A stretch of 64,000 nt of DNA from positions 2,240,001-2,304,000 of the forward strand of contig OZ250150.1 in NCBI GenBank assembly GCA_965237675.1, given 5' to 3'. The position numbers and the translations under genes were made by a program. Origin of the DNA: Candidatus Latescibacterota bacterium (GTDB taxonomy: Bacteria > Latescibacterota > UBA2968 > GCA-2709665). A model generated the notes under the pieces. It searched no databases. It was not told the origin of the DNA and saw nothing but the letters and a program-made list of their open reading frames with translations. Positions 19,201 through 28,797 of this stretch are shown here, in pieces (the stretch's first letter is position 1; each line of letters begins with the position of its first letter).

Positions 19201-22200
19201 CTCCACAGTCGGTCGTCGTCAGAAGCCTGATCGCAACGTCCGCATTGCCGTCAGGCTCGACGGTGATTTCCCAGCGCTGGTTCTTTCCCGCCTCGAGCCG
19301 CCGCACACCCGTCACCTCCCCGTTTGTCACCGTGAAGGCATGGTTGAGCAGCGTCGTGTGGCTCAGGCCCGCCGTCCAGTCCTCGCTGAAGCGAAGCTCG
19401 AAGGTGAACGCTGTGCTCCCATCGTGGGTGGTCACAGAAATATCCCGGAACTCCGCCGTCACCGGTGCGGGGGTCACCGTCACCGGCGGGGAACCCCGCA
19501 CCGTCACCGAGTACCCCGCCGACAGCGGGCGGGTCGCGATGCAGATGGCGCCCGTGTCCCCACAGTCCGTCGTCGCAGGAAGCTCGATGGTCACGTCGGC
19601 ATTGCCGTCAGGCTCGACGGTGATTTCCCAGCGCTGGTTCTTTCCCACCTCGAGCCGCCGCACACCCGTCACCTCCCCGTTCGTCACCGTGAAGGCATGG
19701 TTGAGCAGCGTCGTGTGGCTCAGGCCCGCCGTCCAGTCCTCGCTGAAGCGAAGCTCGAAGGTGAACGCTGTGCTCCCATCGTGGGCCTCCACCGAAATAT
19801 CCCGGAACTCCGCCGTCAGCGCCTCCTCCGTGTTGCGGATCGTCCCGATCGCTTCCGCGTCGGCGAGCCGTGCCCCAACAGCGTTGCTCAGGGTGAGCAT
19901 CAGCGTCTCCCCGTCGTCCTCATCCAAGTCGTCTGTGATCGGCACCGAGACCGTCATCGTTGTCTCGCCCGATAAGAACTCCAGCGACCCGCTCGTGGCC
20001 GTGTAGTCGTTGCCTTGCGTCGCCGTGCCATCGGAGGTGGTGTATTCAACTGTTACGCTTGTGGTCGCCGCCGGATTGAGGGTTACCACGAAGTTCAGCG
20101 TCGTGTCGATGTTCTCGGTCGCTTCCGCGTCGGCCACCGAGAGCGCGGGTCCCTGCACCACGGTCGAGCTGTTGGTCACCCGGAAGTTAGTAAAGGACGA
20201 GCCATCGTTCCCATCAGTGTCCTGGATGACGCCGTCGCTGTTGTCTCCGCCGGGGTTCGGGTCGGTGTAGCCAATGGTGACCACCTGGTCCCTATTGATG
20301 ACGGTGGTCAGATAGAGTATGTAGCTGTCCGTTCCGAACCCACCAAGCACTGAAGACGGGCTGTGCCCTGTTCCATCGACAGTTATGGTGAAGGTGGATT
20401 TGGAAGGTATGTTGATTAGGTCAACTGCTTCGTCCATAGTCAAGAGGATTTGTGCGCCGGATGCCGCCGCCGCTGCCGAGACCGGCGCCGGTCCGAAGCC
20501 CCGGCTCGACGGGCCCAGGTCCGAGTTGTTGGTCACCTCGAAATCCTCGAAAGAATCCACCTGGTTCCCTGCCCGGTCGCGAAGCGCTTTGTTGGCGTTA
20601 TTGGGCTTATTGTAAGTCACCGTCACGGTCCGTCTCTGCCTGATGCGCGGTGAGACGCCCAGACGGATGTTCCTCACGTTCTCGTCGAAGATGGTGAACC
20701 TATCCGGGGCAAAAATCGTTCCGATCGGGGTGCCGTCAACCTTGACGGTGAACTCATCCGGTGAAGGAATTCCCAGAGGGCTCAGTTTCCAGTCGAACGT
20801 CACGTAGATTTGGTTTCCCGAACTGAGGAGTTGCCCTGAGACCGGCCTGGCCGACCGCCGCCTGAACTCTGCAGGTGCTCTCCCCGGGACGAACGTCGCC
20901 GGCAGCGTGTTGAATGCGGGCGCGGGGTTTCCCGCTTTGTCGAGTACCTGCAGATCAGTTTCCCCGGTGTACGTGACGTACACCTGCTCTTCGGTGTGCG
21001 GGCTGGGGTCTCCGATGACACCGGAGAGGTTGAGTTTGACGGTTCGGGGATTGTACGTGTTGTCATCGGTAGTGTCAATAATCCTCATCGCACGGACAGA
21101 GCGTCCGAGCACACGCGATTCTGAGTACGACACCCGGAAAGGCGGCGGGGTTCCAGTGTCGTTGAATAAATCAATGGGTGCGTCGTGATTGAGCTCGCGG
21201 CCGTACTCGATGTGTACCTCGGCGCCGTTGACGTTGCCGTTCGTACCGCGTTTTTGGTACCACGTGATGTTCTCTCTCCACTGCCTCCGCGACACCGCCC
21301 CCGCCCGGGTCGCGTACGCCCAGGGCCCTTCGCCGAACGGGCTTTCCCAACGCGCCCGAACGTCGTAGCCGAATCTCGGCTTCACGCGCGCGCTGACTGA
21401 CAAATGCCTGCCTTCTGGTCCCACACTCCACCACCTCCAGTGCTCCTCTGCCTCCGACCACTCCTGGCTGGGGAACTTCCATTGCACGCGGGATTTCGTC
21501 GCCTCGTTGGTCCCGTCAAAGAACACCTTCATCAGTTCGTCCTCGCCTTCCTGCACCGTTTCCACCTGCAGGTCCCTCGGCGCCGACGGCACGTCTTTGA
21601 CGCCGCGCACGGTGTAGCGCACCCGATCCGCGAGACCTTCATTCCCTGAGCATAGCGCTCCCTGCTCATTGCAGGGCAGCGGCTCCAGCGTCAGCGTAAC
21701 GTCGTCGTTACCCGAGGGCTGGACGTTCAACACCAGAAGACGCCTGTCGAAAATATTGATGGATTCCACCGTTCCGCTCGTAACCCAGATCCCGCGGTCC
21801 GGGCCGATCATGTCTGCCAGCTCCGGTCCGGGATTTATGAAGATCTCGCCGTTCGGGCCGGTTATGTCTGTTATATCGTGGCGATACGTCAGGGGGTTCG
21901 TGAACCTCACCTTGACTTCAAAGGACTCGCCGAAGTGGGCACCCGGAACCGTGCCCAGGTGTTGGGTCTGGTAGATCGTCGCTCCGAGCGTCCCGAAGGA
22001 CGCGCCCTCCACCACGGTCCGTACGCGACCCGTACCCGGCTCCGACCACTCGCTCGGCGACACTCCCTCGCCATATAGCGCCTGTACCCGCACCTGGTAC
22101 TGCGTGTCCGCACTCAGCGACCCGATCTGCGTTAAGGTGGCGGTCCCGCTGTGCGGGTAGGGCCTCCACGGCCCGCTCGTGCCCTCCCGGTACTGCACCG

Positions 22201-24352
22201 CGTAGCCCATGGGGGCAAGCGCGTCAACGCGGACCGGCTCCGTCCAGCGTACAATCAAGCTCGTCGTCGAATACCGCGGCCCCTTGACCGAGGTCACGAC
22301 GACCTCGGTAACAATGGCCTTCACGGTGATGATCACGGCAATCGTGGCCGTACCGCCCTTGCCGTCGTCGGCCTTCACTGTCACCTGATGCGTATTCTGC
22401 CCCTGGGGGTTGAGTGGCGCCAGCGTCTTGATCTGGCCGGAGTCATCAATCGTGAAGTTGTCCCTGTCTACGCCCTCCAGCGTGTAGGTCAGGACGTCGC
22501 CGTCCGGATCCACCGCCTCAACAGGCGCCCCTACATTCTCGTTCGCCGGCGTGTTCCCGAGCACGTTGCGCCTTGTCACCAGCGACCCGAATTCGGGCGG
22601 GAGATTCCCGGACAGCTTCACCAGGGCGATGTCGCCCCAGGCCCAGTCCAGGCCCACCGGCTGCGTCCAGTCGTAGCACCTGGAAGTTCCGAGCCTGCTG
22701 CGACCTTCGAAGGCGAAATCGTGGCCGTCGATGCTCAGGATCAACGAGTTGCGGACCGCATCGTTCGGTTCCCTGGCGCCGAAACACAAGGCGACCATAT
22801 TGGCGTTGAAGGGCGACGCGGGTGCGTCGCCGGCAAGAACAACCGCGCGAAAATCATAGGTCTTGCCGCCGACCCGAAATCGGGTTTCGGTCATCGCGCC
22901 CCAACCAGGGCTGCCGCCGGAATATCCCACGGTGCCTGAACCCTCCCCCACCGTCACGTTGGCGGTGAGATCAACGTTCGGATCCGCTGACGGCGCCGAG
23001 GCCTCGCGAACCACCGTCACCGTATATTCCTCAGTCACCGACGGGAACTCCGCTATCACACTTACCGCGATCTGGTTGCGGCCCGGTGTGAGGGAAATCA
23101 TCGCGGTGCCTGGTGTGATAGCGACCGTAGCGCCGTCGTCGTTTGTCGTCGCCGTCACGCTCACCGAGGAGACGCCGTTCGCCACCCAGGCACGATAGGT
23201 GGTGATATCGCTCGCAAACGTCGGGCTCAGCGTCACGCCGGTGCCGAGAGACAGCGCGCTCAGGGTCGCATCGGTAGAACGCGGGATCCGGCTGCCGTTC
23301 ACCTGGTGCCCACTCAGCGTGCCCAGTTCGCTATGGGTGAGCACGGCGTCGAGGGTGTTGCCCGCGTCGCGGATGTGCTCGCCGCTGTCGAGCTTGATGG
23401 CATCCGCCTCGACATTGATGCCGTTAACGTCTATGTCGCTCGCCTGCACTGTGTAGCCGAACACCAGCGCGTCCGTACCCGAGCCGCTGATGAACGCCGC
23501 CGCCGTGGCGGCCCCGTTCATTTCGAACTCGAAGTGTGGCTCGCCCGTCACCGTCACCTGCTGGTCGAACGTCACCGTGAACTCGATCCTCTCGCCAACT
23601 CCGTACGTGTTGTCCGTAGCACGCGGAATCGATGTCACGGCCACCGAGGAAACCTTTGGGGGGATCTCCGTGCCGTTGACGCGGATCCTCATAACCGATC
23701 TAGGTTGTGAATAATATCCAGGAAGACTCCCCGGGCTTACGGGTTCCAGCCTCCAAGCGGAGTTGTGCACATTCCAGCCAGATTTCCCGCCCTCATCCTC
23801 GAAGTTGCTGTTGGTTAGATCCAAGTGGGCCGATCCTCCACTCACATATACAAAGTAGTCGGTGTTGCGAGTGAGCACGGGGGGGTTGTCGGGGTCGGGT
23901 ACCGAAAAGGTCCTGTTGCCGGAGTCGAAGCTGCTCGGAGCCGTCAGCGTCGCCACCACAGTTCCCGTATGACTATCCTTGCGCAGTGTGACGGTCGGGG
24001 CGGCGGTATTAGTGTGAATGGATGAGAATCTTATCTCGATGCTCTCGATTGTGTATCCATTCGGATTCGTACCGGTACGAAATCCTTGAGCAAATTCGAA
24101 TTCCGATGTGGATACTGTGGCTGTGCCTAGACTTTGGCCAATGTTGCTCACCAGCAACTCCGCGTGCGCGAGGCCGGCGCCGCCGAACAGGGGAAACGCA
24201 AACGCAATGGCGAAGGCCGCGATGCGCAATGGCAGCACCCGCAATCCCGCCAGCCTCGGACGAATCTTCGCGGAGATTCCACCAAATACCGCGCCAATCG
24301 AAGTCCTTATCGCTCTCGCATGCTGCACACTATTTCTCAAACAATTCGCCAC
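16259..24352 (-). CDS. Giant adhesin/autotransporter-like surface protein (cadherin-like, Fn3, SwmB-like, Calx-beta and Cys-containing repeats, C-terminal beta-barrel)
   Basis: Extended signal peptide ending AHA; cadherin A.DPDGD.LTYTL; Fn3 W..P...Y.VQY..L...TQYQVRV; three Calx-beta repeats (VDY.T.DGTA...DY...SG.L.F..GET.KTVSV...DD...E..ET); four AEFRDISV.AHDGSTAFTFELRFSE repeats; amphipathic barrel ending in W. Confidence 0.9.
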   Translation of the reverse strand: MANCLRNSVQHARAIRTSIGAVFGGISAKIRPRLAGLRVLPLRIAAFAIAFAFPLFGGAGLAHAELLVSNIGQSLGTATVSTSEFEFAQGFRTGTNPNGYTIESIEIRFSSIHTNTAAPTVTLRKDSHTGTVVATLTAPSSFDSGNRTFSVPDPDNPPVLTRNTDYFVYVSGGSAHLDLTNSNFEDEGGKSGWNVHNSAWRLEPVSPGSLPGYYSQPRSVMRIRVNGTEIPPKVSSVAVTSIPRATDNTYGVGERIEFTVTFDQQVTVTGEPHFEFEMNGAATAAAFISGSGTDALVFGYTVQASDIDVNGINVEADAIKLDSGEHIRDAGNTLDAVLTHSELGTLSGHQVNGSRIPRSTDATLSALSLGTGVTLSPTFASDITTYRAWVANGVSSVSVTATTNDDGATVAITPGTAMISLTPGRNQIAVSVIAEFPSVTEEYTVTVVREASAPSADPNVDLTANVTVGEGSGTVGYSGGSPGWGAMTETRFRVGGKTYDFRAVVLAGDAPASPFNANMVALCFGAREPNDAVRNSLILSIDGHDFAFEGRSRLGTSRCYDWTQPVGLDWAWGDIALVKLSGNLPPEFGSLVTRRNVLGNTPANENVGAPVEAVDPDGDVLTYTLEGVDRDNFTIDDSGQIKTLAPLNPQGQNTHQVTVKADDGKGGTATIAVIITVKAIVTEVVVTSVKGPRYSTTSLIVRWTEPVRVDALAPMGYAVQYREGTSGPWRPYPHSGTATLTQIGSLSADTQYQVRVQALYGEGVSPSEWSEPGTGRVRTVVEGASFGTLGATIYQTQHLGTVPGAHFGESFEVKVRFTNPLTYRHDITDITGPNGEIFINPGPELADMIGPDRGIWVTSGTVESINIFDRRLLVLNVQPSGNDDVTLTLEPLPCNEQGALCSGNEGLADRVRYTVRGVKDVPSAPRDLQVETVQEGEDELMKVFFDGTNEATKSRVQWKFPSQEWSEAEEHWRWWSVGPEGRHLSVSARVKPRFGYDVRARWESPFGEGPWAYATRAGAVSRRQWRENITWYQKRGTNGNVNGAEVHIEYGRELNHDAPIDLFNDTGTPPPFRVSYSESRVLGRSVRAMRIIDTTDDNTYNPRTVKLNLSGVIGDPSPHTEEQVYVTYTGETDLQVLDKAGNPAPAFNTLPATFVPGRAPAEFRRRSARPVSGQLLSSGNQIYVTFDWKLSPLGIPSPDEFTVKVDGTPIGTIFAPDRFTIFDENVRNIRLGVSPRIRQRRTVTVTYNKPNNANKALRDRAGNQVDSFEDFEVTNNSDLGPSSRGFGPAPVSAAAAASGAQILLTMDEAVDLINIPSKSTFTITVDGTGHSPSSVLGGFGTDSYILYLTTVINRDQVVTIGYTDPNPGGDNSDGVIQDTDGNDGSSFTNFRVTNSSTVVQGPALSVADAEATENIDTTLNFVVTLNPAATTSVTVEYTTSDGTATQGNDYTATSGSLEFLSGETTMTVSVPITDDLDEDDGETLMLTLSNAVGARLADAEAIGTIRNTEEALTAEFRDISVEAHDGSTAFTFELRFSEDWTAGLSHTTLLNHAFTVTNGEVTGVRRLEVGKNQRWEITVEPDGNADVTIELPATTDCGDTGAICIATRPLSAGYSVTVRGSPPVTVTPAPVTAEFRDISVTTHDGSTAFTFELRFSEDWTAGLSHTTLLNHAFTVTNGEVTGVRRLEAGKNQRWEITVEPDGNADVAIRLLTTTDCGDPGAICIGIRPLSAGDTATVPGPPPGLSMADARGTESAGETVDFAVSLSRVASEIVTVDYTTSNGSATAEVDFADTSGTLTFLSGETSKTVSVAVLDDTHDEDDETFTLTLSNASGGNAYLKDATATGTIEDDDEPAVALTAEIRDISVTAHDGSTAFTFELRFSENWTAGLSLSTLRDAAFTVTNGEVTKARRLVPGKNKRWEITVEPDGNADVTITLPATTDCGASGAICIGTRPLSAGDSKTVPGPVPLTAEFRNMSVTAHDGSAPFTFELRFSEEVTGLSYASLREAAFTVTNGQVAGVRRLVPGKNKRWEITVEPDGNVAVTIRLPATTDCGDAGAICIGGNRPLSAGDSATVPGPPSLSVDDARGTEAEGETVDFVVGLSRTASEPVTVDYATSNGTAKVGADYVDTSGTLTFTVGETSKTVSVALLDDAHDEGEETFTLTLSNASGGSAYLSDATATGTIENRDPMPKAFLARFARASAVQVVEQVAERIRAPRKSGLRAKLAGRELRPGLEREIARDVLNGLASLAGARAPAEHGRDPMGGFPAGEMAGAESRRNLEIDESAPKAAGGMDAGGLLRMGAGGGDMVTGSNFEWNRETGQGVVFSLWSRGAQTQFMGREGELSVDGRVRATMMGADFAKGPLMAGLTLSHRRGRGGYTGVDVGDVTTRVTGLYPWLGYKASDRVTFWGVTGYGKGALTLTPGEGDPLESRLSMAMAAGGLRSDLAASGLGGLNLAFKADALWVGTGIEGVEGPSGRLAATEAVVTRYRTALEAAREFGFERGLMLGPSLEIGLRRDGGDAETGTGMDLGGGLIVSDLETGLRVDVRVRFLMVHQDEGYRDRGLSVSLSYDPTPSTPLGFKARVAPAWGGQAQSGAGALWNRPTMAGMAPGVPTSGQSLQAEFGYGLPIYRSLVVSPRIGIGTSEYGRDYQLGYDLALLQEGTINFDLGFDVSRRESPGRGNPVHGVRCRLTTHW

Positions 24353-24579
24353 AGTCGTTTTCTCCTTTCGGTGTTGTTGTTACTTCCGTCTCCCTGAATA
24401 GGGCCGTACCCTAGGCCCTTCGTCCTGTCGAAAGCCGCAAGCTGGCACACAAATCCCTGCTCCGCAGTCGCAGATGAACACACGACGCGCACGCGCAGGG
24501 GGCGCAACCGGTCACATCGACGCCGGATTGGTAAGCTCGTAAAGCGATTCCCCGGGATTGTCCGATTCGTCTGCGGTGT

Positions 24580-24992
24580 AGATGTGGACCTTGACACCAG
24601 AGCCTTCGTTTCCGTCGGGTTCCGTGAATTGGTTGAAGATGGTGGTAACTTCAGTAATCGTGTATCCGGCGGGGTTGGTGCCCGTCGTGAAGCCCTGCGC
24701 CGCCTAGAATCGGTTTCCAAGGACACTACCCACAAATGGGCCATTGCCGCCTGCCGTTTGGCCAAAGTTATTGACCAGTATTACCTCGGTCTGCGCCTGG
24801 GCCGCCACTGCCATCAGTCCGGCGACCATCAGTGACAACGCTCCCGCCAGTGCGACCACTGTGGACAGTACCCGCAATCCTGCCAGCCTCGGGCGAATCC
24901 TCGCGGAGATTCCACCAAATGCCGCGCCGATCGAAGTCCAAATCCCTCTCGCATGACGCGAAGTACGAAGTGCTTTCTAAATAGCAAGCCAT
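24580..24992 (-). pseudogene. Frameshifted paralog of the 5' end of the giant adhesin
   Basis: Encodes HARGIWTSIGAAFGGISARIRPRLAGLRVL, EVILVNNFGQ and AQGFTTGTNPAGYTI across frames, against HARAIRTSIGAVFGGISAKIRPRLAGLRVL, ELLVSNIGQ and AQGFRTGTNPNGYTI in the intact gene. Confidence 0.85.
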
Positions 24993-25234
24993 GAATGTTT
25001 CTCCATACCTGTATTGTGATGCACGCCAACAACGGACAAGCAAACTAACTGAAGTTTCGGGGTGTGTGATGACAGGTTCGAATTTGCCATTGCCAGGAAA
25101 GGCACGATCGGTCTGCACCTGCGTCGAAGCTATTGGCGCCGGCGGAGGATCAGCGTAGGTTATCGTCGCCATCTTCGAAAACAGGTAATCCACCCTTGAC
25201 CGGGGCGGTTATATCACCGGAAAAGAACAACCAG

Positions 25235-26659
25235 GGGCAAGTACTATTATTAGTTGAAATAGCAGAGGCGTTCAATCAGCGGCGAAAGCGTTTTGCGTGT
25301 CATGATCGAGCGCGAGATGATTGCGTAGGGCAAGTCTGAGTACGGGAAGAAAGCGGTATCCTTTGATCCTCCGCAATCGGGGCTCGATATCCAACAGCGC
25401 GGCTGCCAACCACCGATATCGCTGATCGGAGTTGTTCCATCGTTTCACATTACGGGTGCGCTGTGCGATCATGGCGTTGAGGGATTCGATGCAGTTGGTG
25501 GTGCGAAACGATTGCTTGAGTTGTGGCATCAGTCCCAGGCGATGGAGGGTGAGGGTTTCTTCGAGCCCTTCCTCCAGGCTGTTGAGGGCCGATGCATTCA
25601 TCAGGGTCAGGGAGGGCTTGAGGGCATACAGCGCGGCTTTGGCTTCTTTGTAGGTGTCCATGTCGTAGGCACTTTGAAGCGCTTTCTTGACCTCACTCTG
25701 CTGTGTCTTGGGCAAATAGGCGATCACGTTCTCCCGTTTGTGCCACTGACAGCGTTGAATGGCGACATAACCGGAAAGGGCTTTTGTGAGGGCACTATAC
25801 AAGCCCTTTGAGCCGTCGATGAGGCAAAGCAGCCCTTGGTGATACTGCAATCCGCGATCGATGAGCGAATCGACAAACTGGCGGCACACGCGCTCATTTT
25901 CGCTGGCGGCCTGCACGAACCCCAGCGGGATCTTGTGCCCGTCGATGGTCACGCCAAGGGCGATGATCATTTCCTGATCGGCAAAGGTCTTGCCATCCAT
26001 AAACAGCCCCACCAGGTCATAGCCCGAAAGAAACCGTTCTTGAAACTGTCTCAGCTTGGCCGCCGATGCCCTGATGAACCGCCTCGAGACACTCGATGAA
26101 GACAAGCCAAACGCCTCGGGTATCGCCTCTGCGCAACTGGCGTAAGAACGCGTCGCAATGCCGCTGACCACGCGCAGCAGCAACCCTCCGTCCATGTTTC
26201 TGGGTCGCTGCAAGTGGTGATATACCTCCAGAGGAACTTCCTCATTGGCTTCCACGTCACGCACCCTGGGCACCGTAATGGGCACTTTTTGATCCGACAG
26301 ATACACCGATCCCGGTTGAGCGCCCCACCGACGATTCGGGGTCTTGCCCGCTTTACGACTGTGTTTCTTGCCCGTCAACCCGGCAACCTCTTGCTGCAAG
26401 ATTTCTGCCACAGCGTCCAGACCAAGCGGGATCAGCGCTTGGATCAATGCCACACGGACGTCAACATCCTCCAGGGCTTCTCCCAGGAAGGCGCCAGACG
26501 TCACCCCGGCATCCCTATTCGACTTGACTTCACGGAGGTTCGACGGTACTTTTTTCATCACAGGCTCCTTTGGTTGAGGATACGGTCTTCTTCGTCGAGA
26601 CTGCCGTATCCAATTTACATCGGAGCCTCTTCTATTTCAACTAAGATAGGCACAATCCC
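25235..26659 (-). mobile_element. IS256-family insertion sequence
   Basis: Imperfect 34-bp terminal inverted repeats GGGCAAGTACTATTATTAGTTGAAATAGCAGAGG and (reverse complement) GGGATTGTGCCTATCTTAGTTGAAATAGAAGAGG enclose the transposase. Confidence 0.9.
25272..26561 (-). CDS. IS256-family (Mutator-type DDE) transposase
   Basis: VPRVRD, LFMDGK, LIDGSKGL, QRCQWHK and RTTNCIESLN. Confidence 0.95.
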   Translation of the reverse strand: MMKKVPSNLREVKSNRDAGVTSGAFLGEALEDVDVRVALIQALIPLGLDAVAEILQQEVAGLTGKKHSRKAGKTPNRRWGAQPGSVYLSDQKVPITVPRVRDVEANEEVPLEVYHHLQRPRNMDGGLLLRVVSGIATRSYASCAEAIPEAFGLSSSSVSRRFIRASAAKLRQFQERFLSGYDLVGLFMDGKTFADQEMIIALGVTIDGHKIPLGFVQAASENERVCRQFVDSLIDRGLQYHQGLLCLIDGSKGLYSALTKALSGYVAIQRCQWHKRENVIAYLPKTQQSEVKKALQSAYDMDTYKEAKAALYALKPSLTLMNASALNSLEEGLEETLTLHRLGLMPQLKQSFRTTNCIESLNAMIAQRTRNVKRWNNSDQRYRWLAAALLDIEPRLRRIKGYRFLPVLRLALRNHLALDHDTQNAFAAD

Positions 26660-26823
26660 GAAAAGGAACACAACCAGGCCACCAAGACGTTAGTCCCCGA
26701 CGTCCCCTCGATAGATATCGTCACTTCTGCTGCAGGTCGCGATGCCGGTTTGTGGGAGTAACTTCTGTGACCCGTGTTTTCCTCTTCCACATCCAGAGAT
26801 GTCTCGGTGAGCATCACAGACAT
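26660..26823 (-). pseudogene. Fragment of an adhesin (Calx-beta-like) repeat interrupted by IS256
   Basis: VMLTETSLDVEE...SY...ASRPAAEVTISIEGTSGTNV resembles beta-sandwich repeats of symbiont adhesins; degraded. Confidence 0.4.
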
Positions 26824-27336
26824 GAGCGTTCCGATGCTTGTGCCGTCGTTTCAAGGAACCAGAGGACGTAATTGCACAACGCGCTCGAATCGAATTCAGC
26901 CCCACCGAGAACAACGTGGCCTCGAAAAATAGGAGTATTTTGTCCAGACCATTCTCGATATCTGTCAACCGACATCTTGAATTTCAGAAACCCTCATCGC
27001 GATCCAGGCTTCTCACAGCGACATCGAGCGTTTCGCTAATGCGAAATCACTTCCTGCCAAAACGACGCCAATTTGCCCCAGATGCGATCGACGTCACTCT
27101 TACTTTCAGAAACGATGGCTGATGCCACGACGGATAAATTAACTTTTTTATGTTGTAGAATTACGTTTATATATTTTACGCAGGGCACTAACTTAAAAAA
27201 ATAGATGATGAATTCAAATTGAATTCTGAGGTTCTATGGACGAAAATTGGTTGATTCTGTTTCGCTTTGACCCATCCGGGACGCTACTGCAATGGCGGTC
27301 GAAGTACCTAGGAGTCTGCGTCGTAGAAAAACTACC

Positions 27337-27383
27337 ATACTATATATGGAGCAAGAATCACTTATAAGCGCTATATATAGTGG
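27337..27383. promoter_or_regulatory. Tandem NrdR-box-like palindromes
   Basis: ATACTATATATGGAG (27337) and GCGCTATATATAGTG (27368), 31 bp apart; they resemble the acaCwAtATaTwGtg consensus. Confidence 0.45.
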
Positions 27384-27476
27384 TATTCAGTGCCCAAATC
27401 CGTTCTGGGGCGCAGACTCCTAGCCCTGTTCTGGAACATCTTTTAGACAGACGACTAAGGAAGTGATTGCCTGTAC

Positions 27477-28600
27477 ATGAGCGAAGGTCTCTTCGAATAT
27501 TTCGGCAACATATCGGAACCTCTGCTGCTGCGAGACATCCATAGCCACAACCGGTCTATGGGGCTTCCCGAGTTCCGTCCGCCCGTGCCGTTCGGTCCAG
27601 TGCTGACGTTTCTGGTGACGCCCGTCCGGCACATAGGCGGGTCTCTGGGCGATATCTATCTTGGCAATAAGTGGGGTGGACGCGAGCACACTGAGGATGA
27701 CGAATTTACGCTCGTGATGTTTGCATCCCAGGCGGCGTTGGTTGTCGGCAAACTGCGGAACTACAGGGACGACCAACGAGCCATGACACGCTTTGAGACC
27801 CTGATCAACACCACGCCGAAACGGGCAAGTTGATGTCATTCAACCGGGTAGTCGCGAGGATTTTGGAGGGCGTGCGAATCAGCGGTCGAAACCATGAGAG
27901 ACTCCTGGAAGTTGTGACGATCCGCCGATCCGATGGACGGGAGTTCTCCCTTGTGGAACACTCCTTGGCGCAGGCTATAAAAACGGGCGAGTCCGAACAC
28001 GCCGAGGAAGTTGCCTTTCAGGTGCCTGACGTACGTAAGGTCACCGCTCTCCTTAACGCCACGCCCATTCGTACCGCCGACGGATCCATCGAGTCCTTTG
28101 TCGTGACCCTTCAGGGCACGGCGCCCCTGGAGAACTTGGAGCGGCTTCAGGCCGAATTCCTGGCCACGGCAAGCCACGAAATGCGGGCGCCGCTGACTGC
28201 CATCAAGGTTTCCGCCGCCACGGTTCTGGGTGACGATTTACACCTGGATCCGACGGAGATAATGTAGTTTTTCCGAATCATTAATCAGCAGGCCGACCGT
28301 ATGGGCGTTCTGAGCAACGACATTCTGGACGTGGCGCGTATCGAGACGGCACCCTGACGGTCAACTCCGAACCTACGGAGGTACCGGACCTTGTGGAGCA
28401 GGCCCGAAACTTTTCAGTGGGCGAGCTGCACATCGATTACGCTGGACGCAACGTGATCATTTCAGGACGGAGAGTACGGCTGACGGACATCGAGTACAGC
28501 CTGCTTGTGGAGCTTTCGACCCGCGCGGGAAAGGTCATCACCTACGTGCGTCTGCTGGAACGGGTGTGGAACGTAAAACCCACCCGTGACAGGCTGGTCC
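27477..28600 (+). pseudogene. Degraded hybrid GAF/PAS histidine kinase - OmpR-type regulator
   Basis: Fragments: GAF (FLVTPVRH.G..LGDIYLGNK), PAS (LLNATPIR), H-box AEFLATASHEMRAPLTAIK, a stop, then FFRIINQQADRM..L.NDILDVARIE and wHTH VRLTDIEYSLL.EL...AGKVITY..LLERVW. Several stops and frameshifts; HATPase and receiver domains are missing. Confidence 0.85.
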
Positions 28601-28647
28601 GCCCGCGGGACCAGCGCGCGGTTGCGGCGTCGCCACGGGGTCATGTA

Positions 28648-28797
28648 ATTCGGGCCTCTATCCGTGCATCGGCCGGCCGGGAGGGTTTGGCAAGCGGAGC
28701 ACGCGACAGAGGCCCGCGTCCTGGTTCATCTCATGTATGTTATCCGATTTCTGATTGCGAGTCAAGCCCCTGCGATCGAAACCGGAGGTTTTTTTCC
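28648..28797 (-). ncRNA. Promoter + long hairpin element, copy 1 (candidate sRNA)
   Basis: Minus strand TTGACT-N17-TAACAT (28765-28737), then a GGGCCTCT...AGAGGCCC hairpin (28715-28652) with loop AAACCCTCCC; homologous to 33744-33888. Confidence 0.5.
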
